From positions 128,001-192,000 of the forward strand of contig CAVPCR010000005.1 in assembly GCA_963702435.1 (NCBI GenBank): DNA of 64,000 nt, given 5' to 3'. The notes under the pieces were generated by a model, which was not told where the DNA came from, made no database searches, and worked only from the letters and a program-made list of their open reading frames with translations. This DNA comes from Candidatus Eiseniibacteriota bacterium (GTDB taxonomy: Bacteria; Eisenbacteria; RBG-16-71-46; CAVPCR01). Positions 22,539 to 31,992 of this stretch are shown here, one piece after another. Both the position numbers and the translations under genes were made by a program. Within the stretch, counting starts at the first letter, position 1. Each line of letters opens with the position of its first letter.

Positions 22539-23252
22539 CTACCTGAAAAGCGTCTTCAGGGCGCCCCAGGTCCGATCCTCGACCGCCGTCGCGCAGTTCG
22601 TGTCGCTCGTGTCGTAGAGATCGTCCCCGTCGTTGTCGAGTCCCTGCGCAGCCCCGGCGAAGTTCTCACTCCCGTTTCCGTTGCACGACTGGGTCGGCAT
22701 CGCGGGGTGCCCCGTGCCCGGGCTCGCATAGTACGGCGGCAGGACGTTCTCGCCGACCGGAGTGTAGTTGGCCGGATTGGCGTCCAGGTGGCAGTTGCTG
22801 CAGACCGTCGCGCCCGCGTTCTGGTGATGCTGGCGCAGCCCCGCTCCGTAACCGGAGCGCCCGGCGCCGACCTCGGGATTCCCGGCAACATTATCCTCGG
22901 AACGGCCGTGACAGCCCATGCAACCGATGGCCTCGAGCCCCGTCCCACCGTTCGACTCATCGAGGATCACAGGAAACGTGTCGGCGCCGTGGCACGCGTC
23001 GCAATCGCCGCCCAGCATGGTGGTGCGGTGTACGTTGTGCAGGTTACCCCAGTTCTGGCCGTCCACTGGCGAGACATACGCGGTCGCCCGGAAGTCACCG
23101 TGGCACGAACCGCAGTTCGAGGAGTCCCCGCCATAGGTCGTGTAGGCGGTGCCGGAACGACTCGATGCGAGAAGCGCGATGAGCGCCAGGAAGCAAGCAG
23201 CGATGATGCCGCTCGATATCCAGCGTCCCCGGGCAGTGATCACCTTTTCCAT
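22539..23252 (-). CDS. Secreted tetraheme c-type cytochrome with C-terminal TWGALKTLFR tail, copy 1
   Basis: Signal peptide; CGSCH, CDACH, CMGCH, CSNCH; extra His in LHNVH and QHHQ; GLDNDGDDLYD motif; GGGAGG RBS. Confidence 0.85.
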   Translation of the reverse strand: MEKVITARGRWISSGIIAACFLALIALLASSRSGTAYTTYGGDSSNCGSCHGDFRATAYVSPVDGQNWGNLHNVHRTTMLGGDCDACHGADTFPVILDESNGGTGLEAIGCMGCHGRSEDNVAGNPEVGAGRSGYGAGLRQHHQNAGATVCSNCHLDANPANYTPVGENVLPPYYASPGTGHPAMPTQSCNGNGSENFAGAAQGLDNDGDDLYDTSDTNCATAVEDRTWGALKTLFR

Positions 23253-23326
23253 TTGACGCCACCTCCCTGTAGCCATGGAAACAAGGCAGGACCGGACCGA
23301 GTAGGCCCTTGTCAGCCGGGGGCAGA

Positions 23327-23803
23327 CTAGCAGGCCGGATGACCGAAGGCAACGGCGGGCCGGCGGGCGCTCGGACGCCGTGCCGAGTTCGCTTCAATCG
23401 AGAAGGACGAGCTTCCGCGCCGCGGCGTAGACGGGCGCGCGGGGCGAGGCGCGGGGCTGGGTGCTGAGCGGGGCGCGTACCGATAGCGCGCGAGCGACAA
23501 GCGCCCCGCCGGATCGAACTCGACGCCTTCCTTCTCGAGCAGGAACCGCTGGGCGAGACCGCCGCCGGGTTCGGAGCGCTCGAGGCTCAGGCGCCCCTCC
23601 GCATTCAGGATGCGGTGCCATGGCACGGTCGACCCCGCCGGCAACGCATGGAGCGCGTAGCCAACGAGCCGGGCCTGACCAGGGAAGCCGGCGAGCGCGG
23701 CGATGTCGCCGTACGTCGCTACCCGCCCGCGCGGCACCCGGCGCACCGCCGCGTGGATACGCCGGTGGGTATCACTCAGCGGCCGGTCGCCCGCGCTCGC
23801 CAC
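23327..23803 (-). CDS. Alkyltransferase-like (ATL) protein, copy 2
   Basis: Near-identical to copy 1 up to LARYRYAPR; PWHR motif. Confidence 0.9.
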   Translation of the reverse strand: MASAGDRPLSDTHRRIHAAVRRVPRGRVATYGDIAALAGFPGQARLVGYALHALPAGSTVPWHRILNAEGRLSLERSEPGGGLAQRFLLEKEGVEFDPAGRLSLARYRYAPRSAPSPAPRPARPSTPRRGSSSFSIEANSARRPSARRPAVAFGHPAC

Positions 23804-23817
23804 CGCCTACGCGCCGT

Positions 23818-24540
23818 CTACCTGAAGAGCGTCTTCAGGGCGCCCCAGGTCCGATCCTCGACCGGCGTCGCGCAGTCCGCATCGAACGTATCGCGGAGAT
23901 TGTCGCCGTCGTTGTTGAGTCCCTGCGTGGCCCCGGCGAAGTTCTCGCTCCCGTTCCCGTTGCACGATTGGGTCGGCATTGCGGGGTGCCCAGTGCCCGG
24001 GCTCGCGTAGTACGGCGGCAGGACGTTCTCGCCGACCGGAGTGTAGTTGGCCGGATTGGCGTCCAGGTGGCAGTCTGCGCAGACCGTCGCGCCCGCGACC
24101 TGGTGATGCTGGCGCAGCCCCGCTCCGTAACCGGAGCGCCCGGCGCCGACCTCGGGATTTCCGGCAACATTATCCTCGGAACGGCCGTGACAGCCGACGC
24201 AGCCGATCGTGAGCAGACCGGTACCTCCAGCGGACTGGCTCAGCAGCACGGGAAAGGTATCGGCGCCGTGGCAGGCATCGCAGTCACCGTTCAGCATGTT
24301 GGTGCGGTGTACGTTGTGCAGGTTACCCCAGTTCTGGCCGTCCACTGGCGAGACATACGCGGACGCCCGGAAGTCGCCATGGCACGCGCCGCAGTTCGTG
24401 GCGTCGCCTCCGTTCTGCGAGTACTGGGTGTACGCGTTGCCGGACCGACTCGAGGCGAGAAGCGCGATCGCGGCGCACAAGCAAGCGATGAGAATTCGGC
24501 GAGACATGAAGCGTCCCCGAGCAGTGATCAGCTTGTCCAT
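23818..24540 (-). CDS. Secreted tetraheme c-type cytochrome with C-terminal TWGALKTLFR tail, copy 2
   Basis: Signal peptide; CGACH, CDACH, CVGCH, CADCH; GGGAGG RBS. Confidence 0.85.
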   Translation of the reverse strand: MDKLITARGRFMSRRILIACLCAAIALLASSRSGNAYTQYSQNGGDATNCGACHGDFRASAYVSPVDGQNWGNLHNVHRTNMLNGDCDACHGADTFPVLLSQSAGGTGLLTIGCVGCHGRSEDNVAGNPEVGAGRSGYGAGLRQHHQVAGATVCADCHLDANPANYTPVGENVLPPYYASPGTGHPAMPTQSCNGNGSENFAGATQGLNNDGDNLRDTFDADCATPVEDRTWGALKTLFR

Positions 24541-24680
24541 CAGACGCTACCTCCCTGTAGCCATGGAACGAACACGCGACCGTGGCCAGACCATTCCCAG
24601 CCGGGGGCAGGGTAGCAGGCGGTTACCGCCGACGGCAACCGGGGCCCGGGCGGACGCGGCGGTCCCGCGCGGAACCTGCC

Positions 24681-27600
24681 TCACTCCAGAACGACGAGCT
24701 TCCGCGCGGCGACGTAGCCCGGCGCGCGGAGCTCGTAGAGGTACACCCCGCGCCCGACCGCTCGACCGGCATCGTTCCGGCCGTCCCACACGACCGCGCG
24801 CCCGCCGGCAATCGGCTCCTGCTCCTCGTCCACGAGCGTCCGCACGAGGCGCCCGCTCACGTCGCAGATGCGGAGGGTGACCCGTCCGCGCGTCGCGATC
24901 GAGTAGCGGATCGCGGTCCCCCGCCGCGACACCGGATTGGGCGCCACCGCGGCGAGCGCGTTCACGAGGCGCGGCGATGCCTCGGGCCCGACCCCGATCG
25001 GCCCCGCGTTCACCGGCTGCCCGGCCCACTGGAAGAGATCGATCAGGAGCTCCGCGTTCGCGCCGTTCACGACGAAGTTGTCGAACAGGCACTGCTCGAC
25101 GCAGTCGAGCGGCAGGAGCTCGGCGAAGGCGAAGCTCATCGTCACCGACTTCTCGCACGAGTGATTCGGGTTCGTCTTCCGCACGACCGCCTGCCAGGCG
25201 GGGCGCGCGACATCGTCCGCGCAGTTCACGGGGTCGTGGCCGTCCTCGAGCGACTCGACGAAGTGGGCAACCGGCTCGCCCGAGTTGATCGCGCCGAGGA
25301 CGTTCAAGTCGACGTCATCGGGGCAACCCGATCCGAACGCCTCGCCCGCGAAGTCGGGTGCAAGCGCGGTCCCGGCGAGCCGCGCGCAGCGGCGGAGGTC
25401 GTTCGCAGCGAGTTGCTGAGCGTAGTCGCGCGCAAGCACATCCACACCGCGGTTGGCGAGGAAGGAGGGCCCATTGGTGGTGTTCTGGTCGATGTCGGCG
25501 GCCCAGCCCGTGCCCTCGACGAGAAGGAGCCGCGGGTTCCCCTCGCTGCAACCCGCGAGCCACGTCTCGAGCTTCTGCTGGTCCATGGATGGCTGGCCGC
25601 CGAAGAGGGAGAGCGTGCGGCGGTCGCTCAGCGTGCGATGGTCGCTGAGACCCGCCGTGTACCAGATGCAGTCGTACCCGGCCAGCATGAGGTCGGTGGC
25701 CCCGTTGTGCGGCGGTCGCGGCTGCTGGGTCGGCCGATCCTCCCGCCGGCCGATCCCGTCGTAGCATTCCGAGTAATTCGTCGCCACGACATCGTAGACG
25801 TCGAAGCCGAGGCCGAGACTCGAGAGCGTCGCGACGAGGCGCTCGCGTTCCACCGTCGCCCGCCCCGGCACGCTCTGTGTGGCGTAGTCGCTGACGACGA
25901 GCATGCTGTGCGCATATGCCCCGCTGCAGTCCGGTGCGAGCGACGGCAAGACGTTCGACTGGAGCCAGAGTCCCTTGCTGCTTGGCTCCGTTGTGATCGG
26001 CTGCCGTCCGCGCCCGAACGGGAATGTCCCGAGGACCTGACTCGATACCGCATCCCGCGCCTCGAAGAAGTAGTAGACAGTCGTCCCCGGAGTGAAGAGG
26101 CCGTCGGGCAGTATGTCGTCGCAGGGCTCGTTCCCCGGCGGGGCGCCGGTCCAGTGGGTCCCGTTCCCGGCGTCCGCATCGTGGAAGCAGGTCATGTACC
26201 CGCCCGGCAAGCCCCCACCGTACCAGCGCGCCGTGTCCATCCGCGCCTCGTGCCAGAGGAGAGCATCGGGAAAGCTCCCGGGCGCCGACGGGGGGAAGGC
26301 GGCGAAGAACGGGTGCATGAGATTCGGCTGGCAGGCCCCGCGCTCCACGGCGAAGCGGAGGAAGACCGCTGCGTTCGGGGCTTGAACCTCGACTCCGGCC
26401 GTGTCGGGACGCACCCAGCGGGGGGGATTCTCGGGCCCGCCGAACACCGGGGTGTACGCCCCGTCCATCCGGGCCGTGGCGGAGAGCGGGAATCCCGTGT
26501 TCGAGGTCGGGAAGCTGTCCGCGTAGCGCTGGTAGGTCTGCGCCCGCAGCTCTGTGCTCGAGTCGTAGACGCCGAAGCGCATGTTGTCGATGAAGGGACC
26601 GCTGGCATCGCTCGGGTTGCACGACCCGCCGATGCATTGCGAGTACATGCCCACCGCGAGGATCACGGAGTCCGCCGTCGCCGGCAGGTAAGAAGACATG
26701 TCATGGAGGAGATCCTGCTGGCAGCGCGCCCCGGCCCCCAGCGCGAAGGACTGGCAGCTTGTCGCGGAGACGCTCGACCAGTTGAAGATCGCGCCCGCTC
26801 CGGGCGAGCCGGGCGGCGGAGCGTAAGGGCAGTGATTGGCGTCGACCGGCCAGTAGTGGAAGCAGACGACGAACATGGCATCGAAGAGCCCGCTGCCGCC
26901 GTCGGCATACACATCGCCGAGGAAGAGCCGGCCTACATCGCCGTCGAGGTCGGGATGCGCACCACCACCGATTGCGAAGGGCGGAGAGACGGCGGCGGTT
27001 TTCGCCACGTGCGCCGCGCATTCGTCCTGATCGGCGAAGAGGAGAACGTTACCCTCGATCGCACAGGCCTCAGGGCAGGGGACGACCGGCGGACAGGCGA
27101 TGGCGGAGAGCGGCGCGATGCGCCCCGCGGGCCGGAGTGGATCGCCGGTCAGGACGACGTCCTGCCCCTCGCAGCGCCGGGGCTCCCAGCCGCTCATGCC
27201 CGTCTCGAAGTCGGCCCGGTCGATCGGCATGCCGTTCGCCCGGACCGCGATCTCATCCACCTGCCAGGCAAAGAGAAAGGCCCGGCCCGCGGACTCGTCG
27301 GAGACGAGATCATCGGTGGCCAGCCGGAGCCGGACCCAGAGATCCCCTTCGCCGCCAGGCCAGGGGCCGAGGGTCGCCGAGCCCGGTCCCCCAAGCGGCC
27401 CCGGCTCGGGCGCGACGAGCGTCCCGCCGGTCCAGATCCCGTTCCCGTTGGCTACCGTCCCGACCTGCTCCCACCGCACGCCGTCCGCCGAGATCTCGAC
27501 CCAGCACGTATCGTGGCTCTGCTCGACCGCGTAGCGATGGAAGAACGTGAGATCGAGCAGCGCGTTGGGTGCGGGCGGCATGAACTCCCCGGGGCCCGGC

Positions 27601-28199
27601 GCGTTCCGGAAGCGGAACTGCTTCGCGACCGCCTGCGACCAGCCGTCGCCGTATCCCGCGGTTCCCCCCCAGCCGCAGTGCTCCGGGTTCAGGTGGAGGT
27701 TCGTCCCGATCCACACCGACCAGCCGCCGGCGAGCGGGTCGGGGCCGTCGTTCGCCCCGTTGTTGGCGTGCGTCGTCGCCCGGTGCGCGAAGGCGCCTCC
27801 ATCGAAGTCGAAGTCGTACGTGCCGTCGGTTCGCCAGTGTCCCGTACCGAGCGCCGAAGGACCGTCGCCATGTGTCGTCAGGTCTGCGAACGTCCACCCG
27901 TCGCGGTACTGGTTCCCGACCGGATCCCCATCCAGGAAGAACTCTGGCGCCTCGCCCGAGTCGGCCTCCCAGTTCCACACGCCGCCGCGGACGACAGCCC
28001 CGTTGCCGAAACCGCTCCCGCCGAACCACACCGTGTCGGCATGGGCGTCGAGCCACCCCGGGTCGTGTGCTGCGAGCGCCTCGCGGTCCGCTGCCCCGTC
28101 ATAGGGTTGTGGAACGAGCGGCACGGCGCCCGCCGGCGCAGCGGCCAGAAGAAAGGAGAGAGCGGCAAGAGGCACGGCACGGCAGTTCCATGTGGCCAT
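24681..28199 (-). CDS. Large Cys-rich secreted protein with FlgD-Ig C-terminal domain (paralog A)
   Basis: ATG 28199 with GGAGG; signal peptide; jelly-roll-like HRYAVEQ...WVEISADG; C-terminal APNP...DVSGRLVRTL...WDGRNDAGRAVGRGVYLY. Confidence 0.85.
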   Translation of the reverse strand: MATWNCRAVPLAALSFLLAAAPAGAVPLVPQPYDGAADREALAAHDPGWLDAHADTVWFGGSGFGNGAVVRGGVWNWEADSGEAPEFFLDGDPVGNQYRDGWTFADLTTHGDGPSALGTGHWRTDGTYDFDFDGGAFAHRATTHANNGANDGPDPLAGGWSVWIGTNLHLNPEHCGWGGTAGYGDGWSQAVAKQFRFRNAPGPGEFMPPAPNALLDLTFFHRYAVEQSHDTCWVEISADGVRWEQVGTVANGNGIWTGGTLVAPEPGPLGGPGSATLGPWPGGEGDLWVRLRLATDDLVSDESAGRAFLFAWQVDEIAVRANGMPIDRADFETGMSGWEPRRCEGQDVVLTGDPLRPAGRIAPLSAIACPPVVPCPEACAIEGNVLLFADQDECAAHVAKTAAVSPPFAIGGGAHPDLDGDVGRLFLGDVYADGGSGLFDAMFVVCFHYWPVDANHCPYAPPPGSPGAGAIFNWSSVSATSCQSFALGAGARCQQDLLHDMSSYLPATADSVILAVGMYSQCIGGSCNPSDASGPFIDNMRFGVYDSSTELRAQTYQRYADSFPTSNTGFPLSATARMDGAYTPVFGGPENPPRWVRPDTAGVEVQAPNAAVFLRFAVERGACQPNLMHPFFAAFPPSAPGSFPDALLWHEARMDTARWYGGGLPGGYMTCFHDADAGNGTHWTGAPPGNEPCDDILPDGLFTPGTTVYYFFEARDAVSSQVLGTFPFGRGRQPITTEPSSKGLWLQSNVLPSLAPDCSGAYAHSMLVVSDYATQSVPGRATVERERLVATLSSLGLGFDVYDVVATNYSECYDGIGRREDRPTQQPRPPHNGATDLMLAGYDCIWYTAGLSDHRTLSDRRTLSLFGGQPSMDQQKLETWLAGCSEGNPRLLLVEGTGWAADIDQNTTNGPSFLANRGVDVLARDYAQQLAANDLRRCARLAGTALAPDFAGEAFGSGCPDDVDLNVLGAINSGEPVAHFVESLEDGHDPVNCADDVARPAWQAVVRKTNPNHSCEKSVTMSFAFAELLPLDCVEQCLFDNFVVNGANAELLIDLFQWAGQPVNAGPIGVGPEASPRLVNALAAVAPNPVSRRGTAIRYSIATRGRVTLRICDVSGRLVRTLVDEEQEPIAGGRAVVWDGRNDAGRAVGRGVYLYELRAPGYVAARKLVVLE

Positions 28200-28233
28200 G
28201 GCAGCCTCCACTGTGACCTGGCCCATGTCGTCC

Positions 28234-31200
28234 TCACTCGAGCACGACGAGCTTCCGCGCCGCCGCGTAGCCCGGCGCGCGGAGTTCGTAGAGATACACC
28301 CCGCGTCCGACCGCGCGCCCGGCGTCGTTCCGCCCGTCCCACACCACCGCGCGCCCGCCGGCGATCGCCTCCTGCTCCTCGTCCACCAGTGTCCGCACCA
28401 CGCGCCCACTCACGTCGCAGATGCGGAGCGTGACCCGCCCGCGCGTCGCGATCGAGTAGCGGATCTCGGTCCCCCGCCGCGCCGCCGGGTTCGGCGCCGC
28501 CGGGGCGAGCGCGTTCACGAACCGCGGGGTTCCCGCCGGCGCAACCCCCACCGGCGCCGCGTTCACCGGCTGTCCCGCCCACTGGAAGAGATCGATCACC
28601 AGCTCCGCGTTCGCGCCGCTCACGACGTAGTCGTCGAACAGGCACTGCTCGATGCAGTTCAGGGGCAGGAGCTCGGCGTAGGCGAAGCTCATCGTCACCG
28701 ACTTCTCGCACGAGTGATTCGGGTTCGTCCGCCGCACGACCGCCTGCCAGGCGGGGCGTGGCACGTCGTCCGCGCAGTTCACGGGGTCGTCGCCGTCCTC
28801 GAGCGACTCGACGAAGTAGGCCACCGCCTCGCCGCCGCCCGTCGACGCGAGTACGCTGATCGGGATGTCGTCGGGACAGCCCGAGCCGAACGCCTCGCCC
28901 TCGAAGTCGGGCACGAGCGCGGTCCCGGCGAGCCGCGCGCAGCGCCGGAGGTCGTTCGCAGCGAGTTGCTGAGCGTAGTCGCGCGCGAGCACGCCGATGC
29001 CGCGATTGCCGAGGAACTGCGGGCCGTTCACCGTGTTGGACTGGATGTCCGCGGCCCACCCCGTGCCCTCGAGGAGGAGGAGACGCGGGCTCCCCTCGCT
29101 GCACCCCGCAAGCCACGTCTCGAGCTTCTGCTGGTCCATGGACGCCTGGCCGCCGAAGCTCGGGAGCGTGTTCCGGTCGCTCAGTGTCCCGAACTGGCTC
29201 AAGCCCGACGCGTACCAGATGCAGTCGTACCCGGCGAGCATGAGATCGGTGGCCCCGTTGTACGGCGGCCGCGGCTGCTGTGATGGCCGGTCCTCGCGGC
29301 GTCCGATCGTGTCGTAGCACTGGTTGTAGTTGGTGCTGACCGCATCGTAGACGTCAAACTCGAGTCCGAGCGAGGCGAGCGTCGCGGTGAGGCGGGAGCG
29401 CTGCGTCGTCGCTCGGCCCGGCACGCCGCCGGTCGCGTAGTCGTTGACGATCAGCATGCTGTTGGCGTAGGTGCCGTCGCAGGCCGGCGCCAGCTCGGGC
29501 AGGTTGTTGATCTGGAGCCAGTAGTCCTTGTGGTTGGCCGTCGTCCGCACGATGCCGCGGTTCCTCGCGAGGGGGAACGTGGCGACGACGCTGCCGGCGC
29601 CGGCCCCCGCGGCGACCCGCGCCTCGAAGAAGTAGTAGACGTTCGTCCCCGCGGTGAAGAGGCCGTCCGGCAGGATGTCGTCGCACGGCTCGACCGCCGG
29701 CGGCGCGCCCGTCCAGAACGTCCCGTTCCGCGGATCGTCCTCGTGGAAGCAGGTCATCCAGTACCCGTTCACGGTCTGCGAGTTGCTCATCGCTTGCGCC
29801 GTGTCCATCCGCGCCGCGTGCCAGTTGAGGTCGTTCGGAAAGGTGCCGGGAGCGGTGGGCGGGAAGGCCACGAAGAACGGATGGGTCAGGTTCGGCTGGC
29901 ATGCGCCGCGCTCGACCGCCCACTTGAGGTACACCGCGGTGTTCGGAGCGGCAATGGCAGTGGCCGCCGAGTCGGCACGCACCCAGCGCATCGGGATCTC
30001 GATGCCGAGCGACATGGAGAGGCTGAAGGCGGCGTCGGTGCGGGTGGTCGCGGCGAGCGGGAAGCCCGTGTTCGAGGTCGGGAAGTTGTCGGCAAAGCGA
30101 TCGAGGGTGTTCGACCGCAGGGCGGGGCCGCTCGGGTCGTACACGCCGAAGCGCACGTTGTCGATGAAGGGGCCGGTGGCGTCGCTCGTGAGGCACGATG
30201 CGCCGTCACACTCGGCGACCATGCCCAGGGTGAGGATCACCGAGTCGGCGCTGGCCGGGATGAACGCCGACCAGTCGAAGGTCATGTTCCACATGCAGTG
30301 GATACCCGCCCCGAGTCCGATGATGTGACAAGCGCCGTCACCGCCCTGCTGCGACCAGTTGAAGACCGAGCCCCCGCCGGGCGATCCGGCCGGCGGCGCG
30401 TACGGGCAGTGATTCTCGTCGAAGGGCCAGTAGAGGAAGCAGAAGTAGAGAGCCGTATCGAAGAGCCCGCTCCCGCCGTCCGCGTACGCATCGGCCTCGA
30501 GGATCCGCCCCGCGTCGCCATCGAGGTCGGGATGGGCGCTGCCGCCGATCGCGAAGGCCGGGGAGAAAGCCGCTGTCGTCGCCTCGTGGGCCGCGCACTC
30601 GTCCTGGTCCACGAAGAGGAGAATCCGATCCTCGATGGCGCAGTTCTCGGGGCAAGCGACCAGTGGCGGGCCAGGCGGGCAGGCGATGGCGGAGAGCGGC
30701 GCGATGCGCCCCGCGGGCCGCTGCGGATCCCCGGTCAGGACGACATCCTTCCCCTCGCAGCGCCGCGGCTCCCAGCCGTCCATGCCCGCTTCGAAGGTGG
30801 CCAGATCGATCGGCGCCCCGTTCATGCGGAGCGCCAGGTCGTCCACCTGCCAGGCGTAGAGATACGTGCCGCCCGCGCTCTCATCGGAGAGCAGGGCATC
30901 GGTGGCGAGCCGGAGGCGGACCCAGAGATCCCCCTCGCCGCCGGGCCAGCGACCGAGGCTCGCCGAGGCCGGTCCGCCGAACGGCCCCGGTTCGGGCGCG
31001 GCGCGCGTCCCGCCGGTCCAGATCCCGTTCCCGTTGGCCGCCGTCCCGACCTGCTCCCACCACACGCCGTCCGCCGAGATCTCGACCCAGCACGTGTCGA
31101 AGTTCTGCTCGACCGCGTAGCGATGGAAGAAGGCGAGATCGAGCGTGGCATCGGAAGGCGGCGGCGGGAACTCCCCGGGCCCGGGCGCGTTCCGGAAGCG

Positions 31201-31785
31201 GAACTGCTTCGCGATCGCCTGCGACCAGTAGTCACCATACCCCGCCGTCCCCGGCCACGCGCAATGCTCCGGATTCAAGTGGAGGTTCGTCCCGATCCAC
31301 ACCGACCAGCCGCCGGCGAGCGGATCCGGGCCGTCGTCCACGCCGTTGTTGGCGTGGGTCGTCGCCCGGTGCGCGAAGGCGCCGCCATCGAAGTCGAAAT
31401 CGTACGTGCCGTCGGTCCGCCAGTGCCCCGGGCCGAGGGCGGAGGGCCCATCGCCGGCCGTCGTCAGGTCATCGAAGGTCCAGCCGTCGCGGTACTGGTT
31501 CCCGACCGGATCCCCATCGAGGAAGTACTCCGGGGTCTCGCCGGAATCGGCCTCCCAGTTCCAGAGGCCGCCGCGGGCGACCGTGCCGTTCCCGAGCCCG
31601 CTCCCGCCGAACCACACCGTGTCGGCGTGGGCGTCGAGCCAGCCTGGGTCGCGCGCAAGCACCGCCTCGCGATCGATGCCGGCGTCATACGGTTCGAGCA
31701 CGGGGCGCGCCGCGCCGGCCGGCGCGGTGGAGACGAGAAGCGAAAGGACGGCCAGAAGGCCGGCGCAGCGGATTCCCGCGGTCAT
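28234..31785 (-). CDS. Large Cys-rich secreted protein with FlgD-Ig C-terminal domain (paralog B)
   Basis: ATG 31785 with GGAGGG; colinear with and highly similar to paralog A. Confidence 0.85.
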   Translation of the reverse strand: MTAGIRCAGLLAVLSLLVSTAPAGAARPVLEPYDAGIDREAVLARDPGWLDAHADTVWFGGSGLGNGTVARGGLWNWEADSGETPEYFLDGDPVGNQYRDGWTFDDLTTAGDGPSALGPGHWRTDGTYDFDFDGGAFAHRATTHANNGVDDGPDPLAGGWSVWIGTNLHLNPEHCAWPGTAGYGDYWSQAIAKQFRFRNAPGPGEFPPPPSDATLDLAFFHRYAVEQNFDTCWVEISADGVWWEQVGTAANGNGIWTGGTRAAPEPGPFGGPASASLGRWPGGEGDLWVRLRLATDALLSDESAGGTYLYAWQVDDLALRMNGAPIDLATFEAGMDGWEPRRCEGKDVVLTGDPQRPAGRIAPLSAIACPPGPPLVACPENCAIEDRILLFVDQDECAAHEATTAAFSPAFAIGGSAHPDLDGDAGRILEADAYADGGSGLFDTALYFCFLYWPFDENHCPYAPPAGSPGGGSVFNWSQQGGDGACHIIGLGAGIHCMWNMTFDWSAFIPASADSVILTLGMVAECDGASCLTSDATGPFIDNVRFGVYDPSGPALRSNTLDRFADNFPTSNTGFPLAATTRTDAAFSLSMSLGIEIPMRWVRADSAATAIAAPNTAVYLKWAVERGACQPNLTHPFFVAFPPTAPGTFPNDLNWHAARMDTAQAMSNSQTVNGYWMTCFHEDDPRNGTFWTGAPPAVEPCDDILPDGLFTAGTNVYYFFEARVAAGAGAGSVVATFPLARNRGIVRTTANHKDYWLQINNLPELAPACDGTYANSMLIVNDYATGGVPGRATTQRSRLTATLASLGLEFDVYDAVSTNYNQCYDTIGRREDRPSQQPRPPYNGATDLMLAGYDCIWYASGLSQFGTLSDRNTLPSFGGQASMDQQKLETWLAGCSEGSPRLLLLEGTGWAADIQSNTVNGPQFLGNRGIGVLARDYAQQLAANDLRRCARLAGTALVPDFEGEAFGSGCPDDIPISVLASTGGGEAVAYFVESLEDGDDPVNCADDVPRPAWQAVVRRTNPNHSCEKSVTMSFAYAELLPLNCIEQCLFDDYVVSGANAELVIDLFQWAGQPVNAAPVGVAPAGTPRFVNALAPAAPNPAARRGTEIRYSIATRGRVTLRICDVSGRVVRTLVDEEQEAIAGGRAVVWDGRNDAGRAVGRGVYLYELRAPGYAAARKLVVLE

Positions 31786-31835
31786 GGCAACCCTCCACCT
31801 GTGGCCGGGACGGTCTCTTCCGTCGGCATAAATAC

Positions 31836-31852
31836 TGCAAGCATTGTGCCGA
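31836..31852 (-). promoter_or_regulatory. Sigma-54 (-24/-12) promoter
   Basis: Minus strand TCGGCACAATGCTTGCA = GG-N10-GC matching TGGCAC-N5-TTGCW, 50 bp upstream of paralog B and next to a bEBP gene. Confidence 0.8.
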
Positions 31853-31936
31853 GTCGGGGCTGTTTCTTCCAACGCTCGCATCGGCGATGACTTGCGTTTC
31901 CTGGTGACCGACGCAGCTTCCTGCGCCGGGCACGCT

Positions 31937-31954
31937 GTGTCATGGACATGACAC
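31937..31954. promoter_or_regulatory. Candidate upstream activator sequence GTGTCATG-GA-CATGACAC
   Basis: Perfect 8-2-8 palindrome ~85-100 bp upstream of the -24 box; 16/18 copy at 34707-34724. Confidence 0.65.
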
Positions 31955-31992
31955 TCCCCGGGGACCGGTATCTACAATGGCCATGTGAGATC

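Larger units (their letters stand above)
22155..24717. repeat. Tandem duplication (~1.28 kb unit) of the cytochrome + ATL cassette
   Basis: Homologous features offset by 1279-1288 bp; shared intergenic CCTCCCTGTAGCCATGGAA and AGCCGGGGGCAG. Confidence 0.9.

Noticed and set aside
22135..23803. Active O6-methylguanine methyltransferases (ogt/ada)
   Set aside because: PWHR replaces the catalytic PCHR, so these are ATL-type
24490..24510. Tat signal (SRRIL) in cytochrome copy 2
   Set aside because: Not conserved in copy 1 (SSGII), and c-type cytochromes are normally Sec-exported
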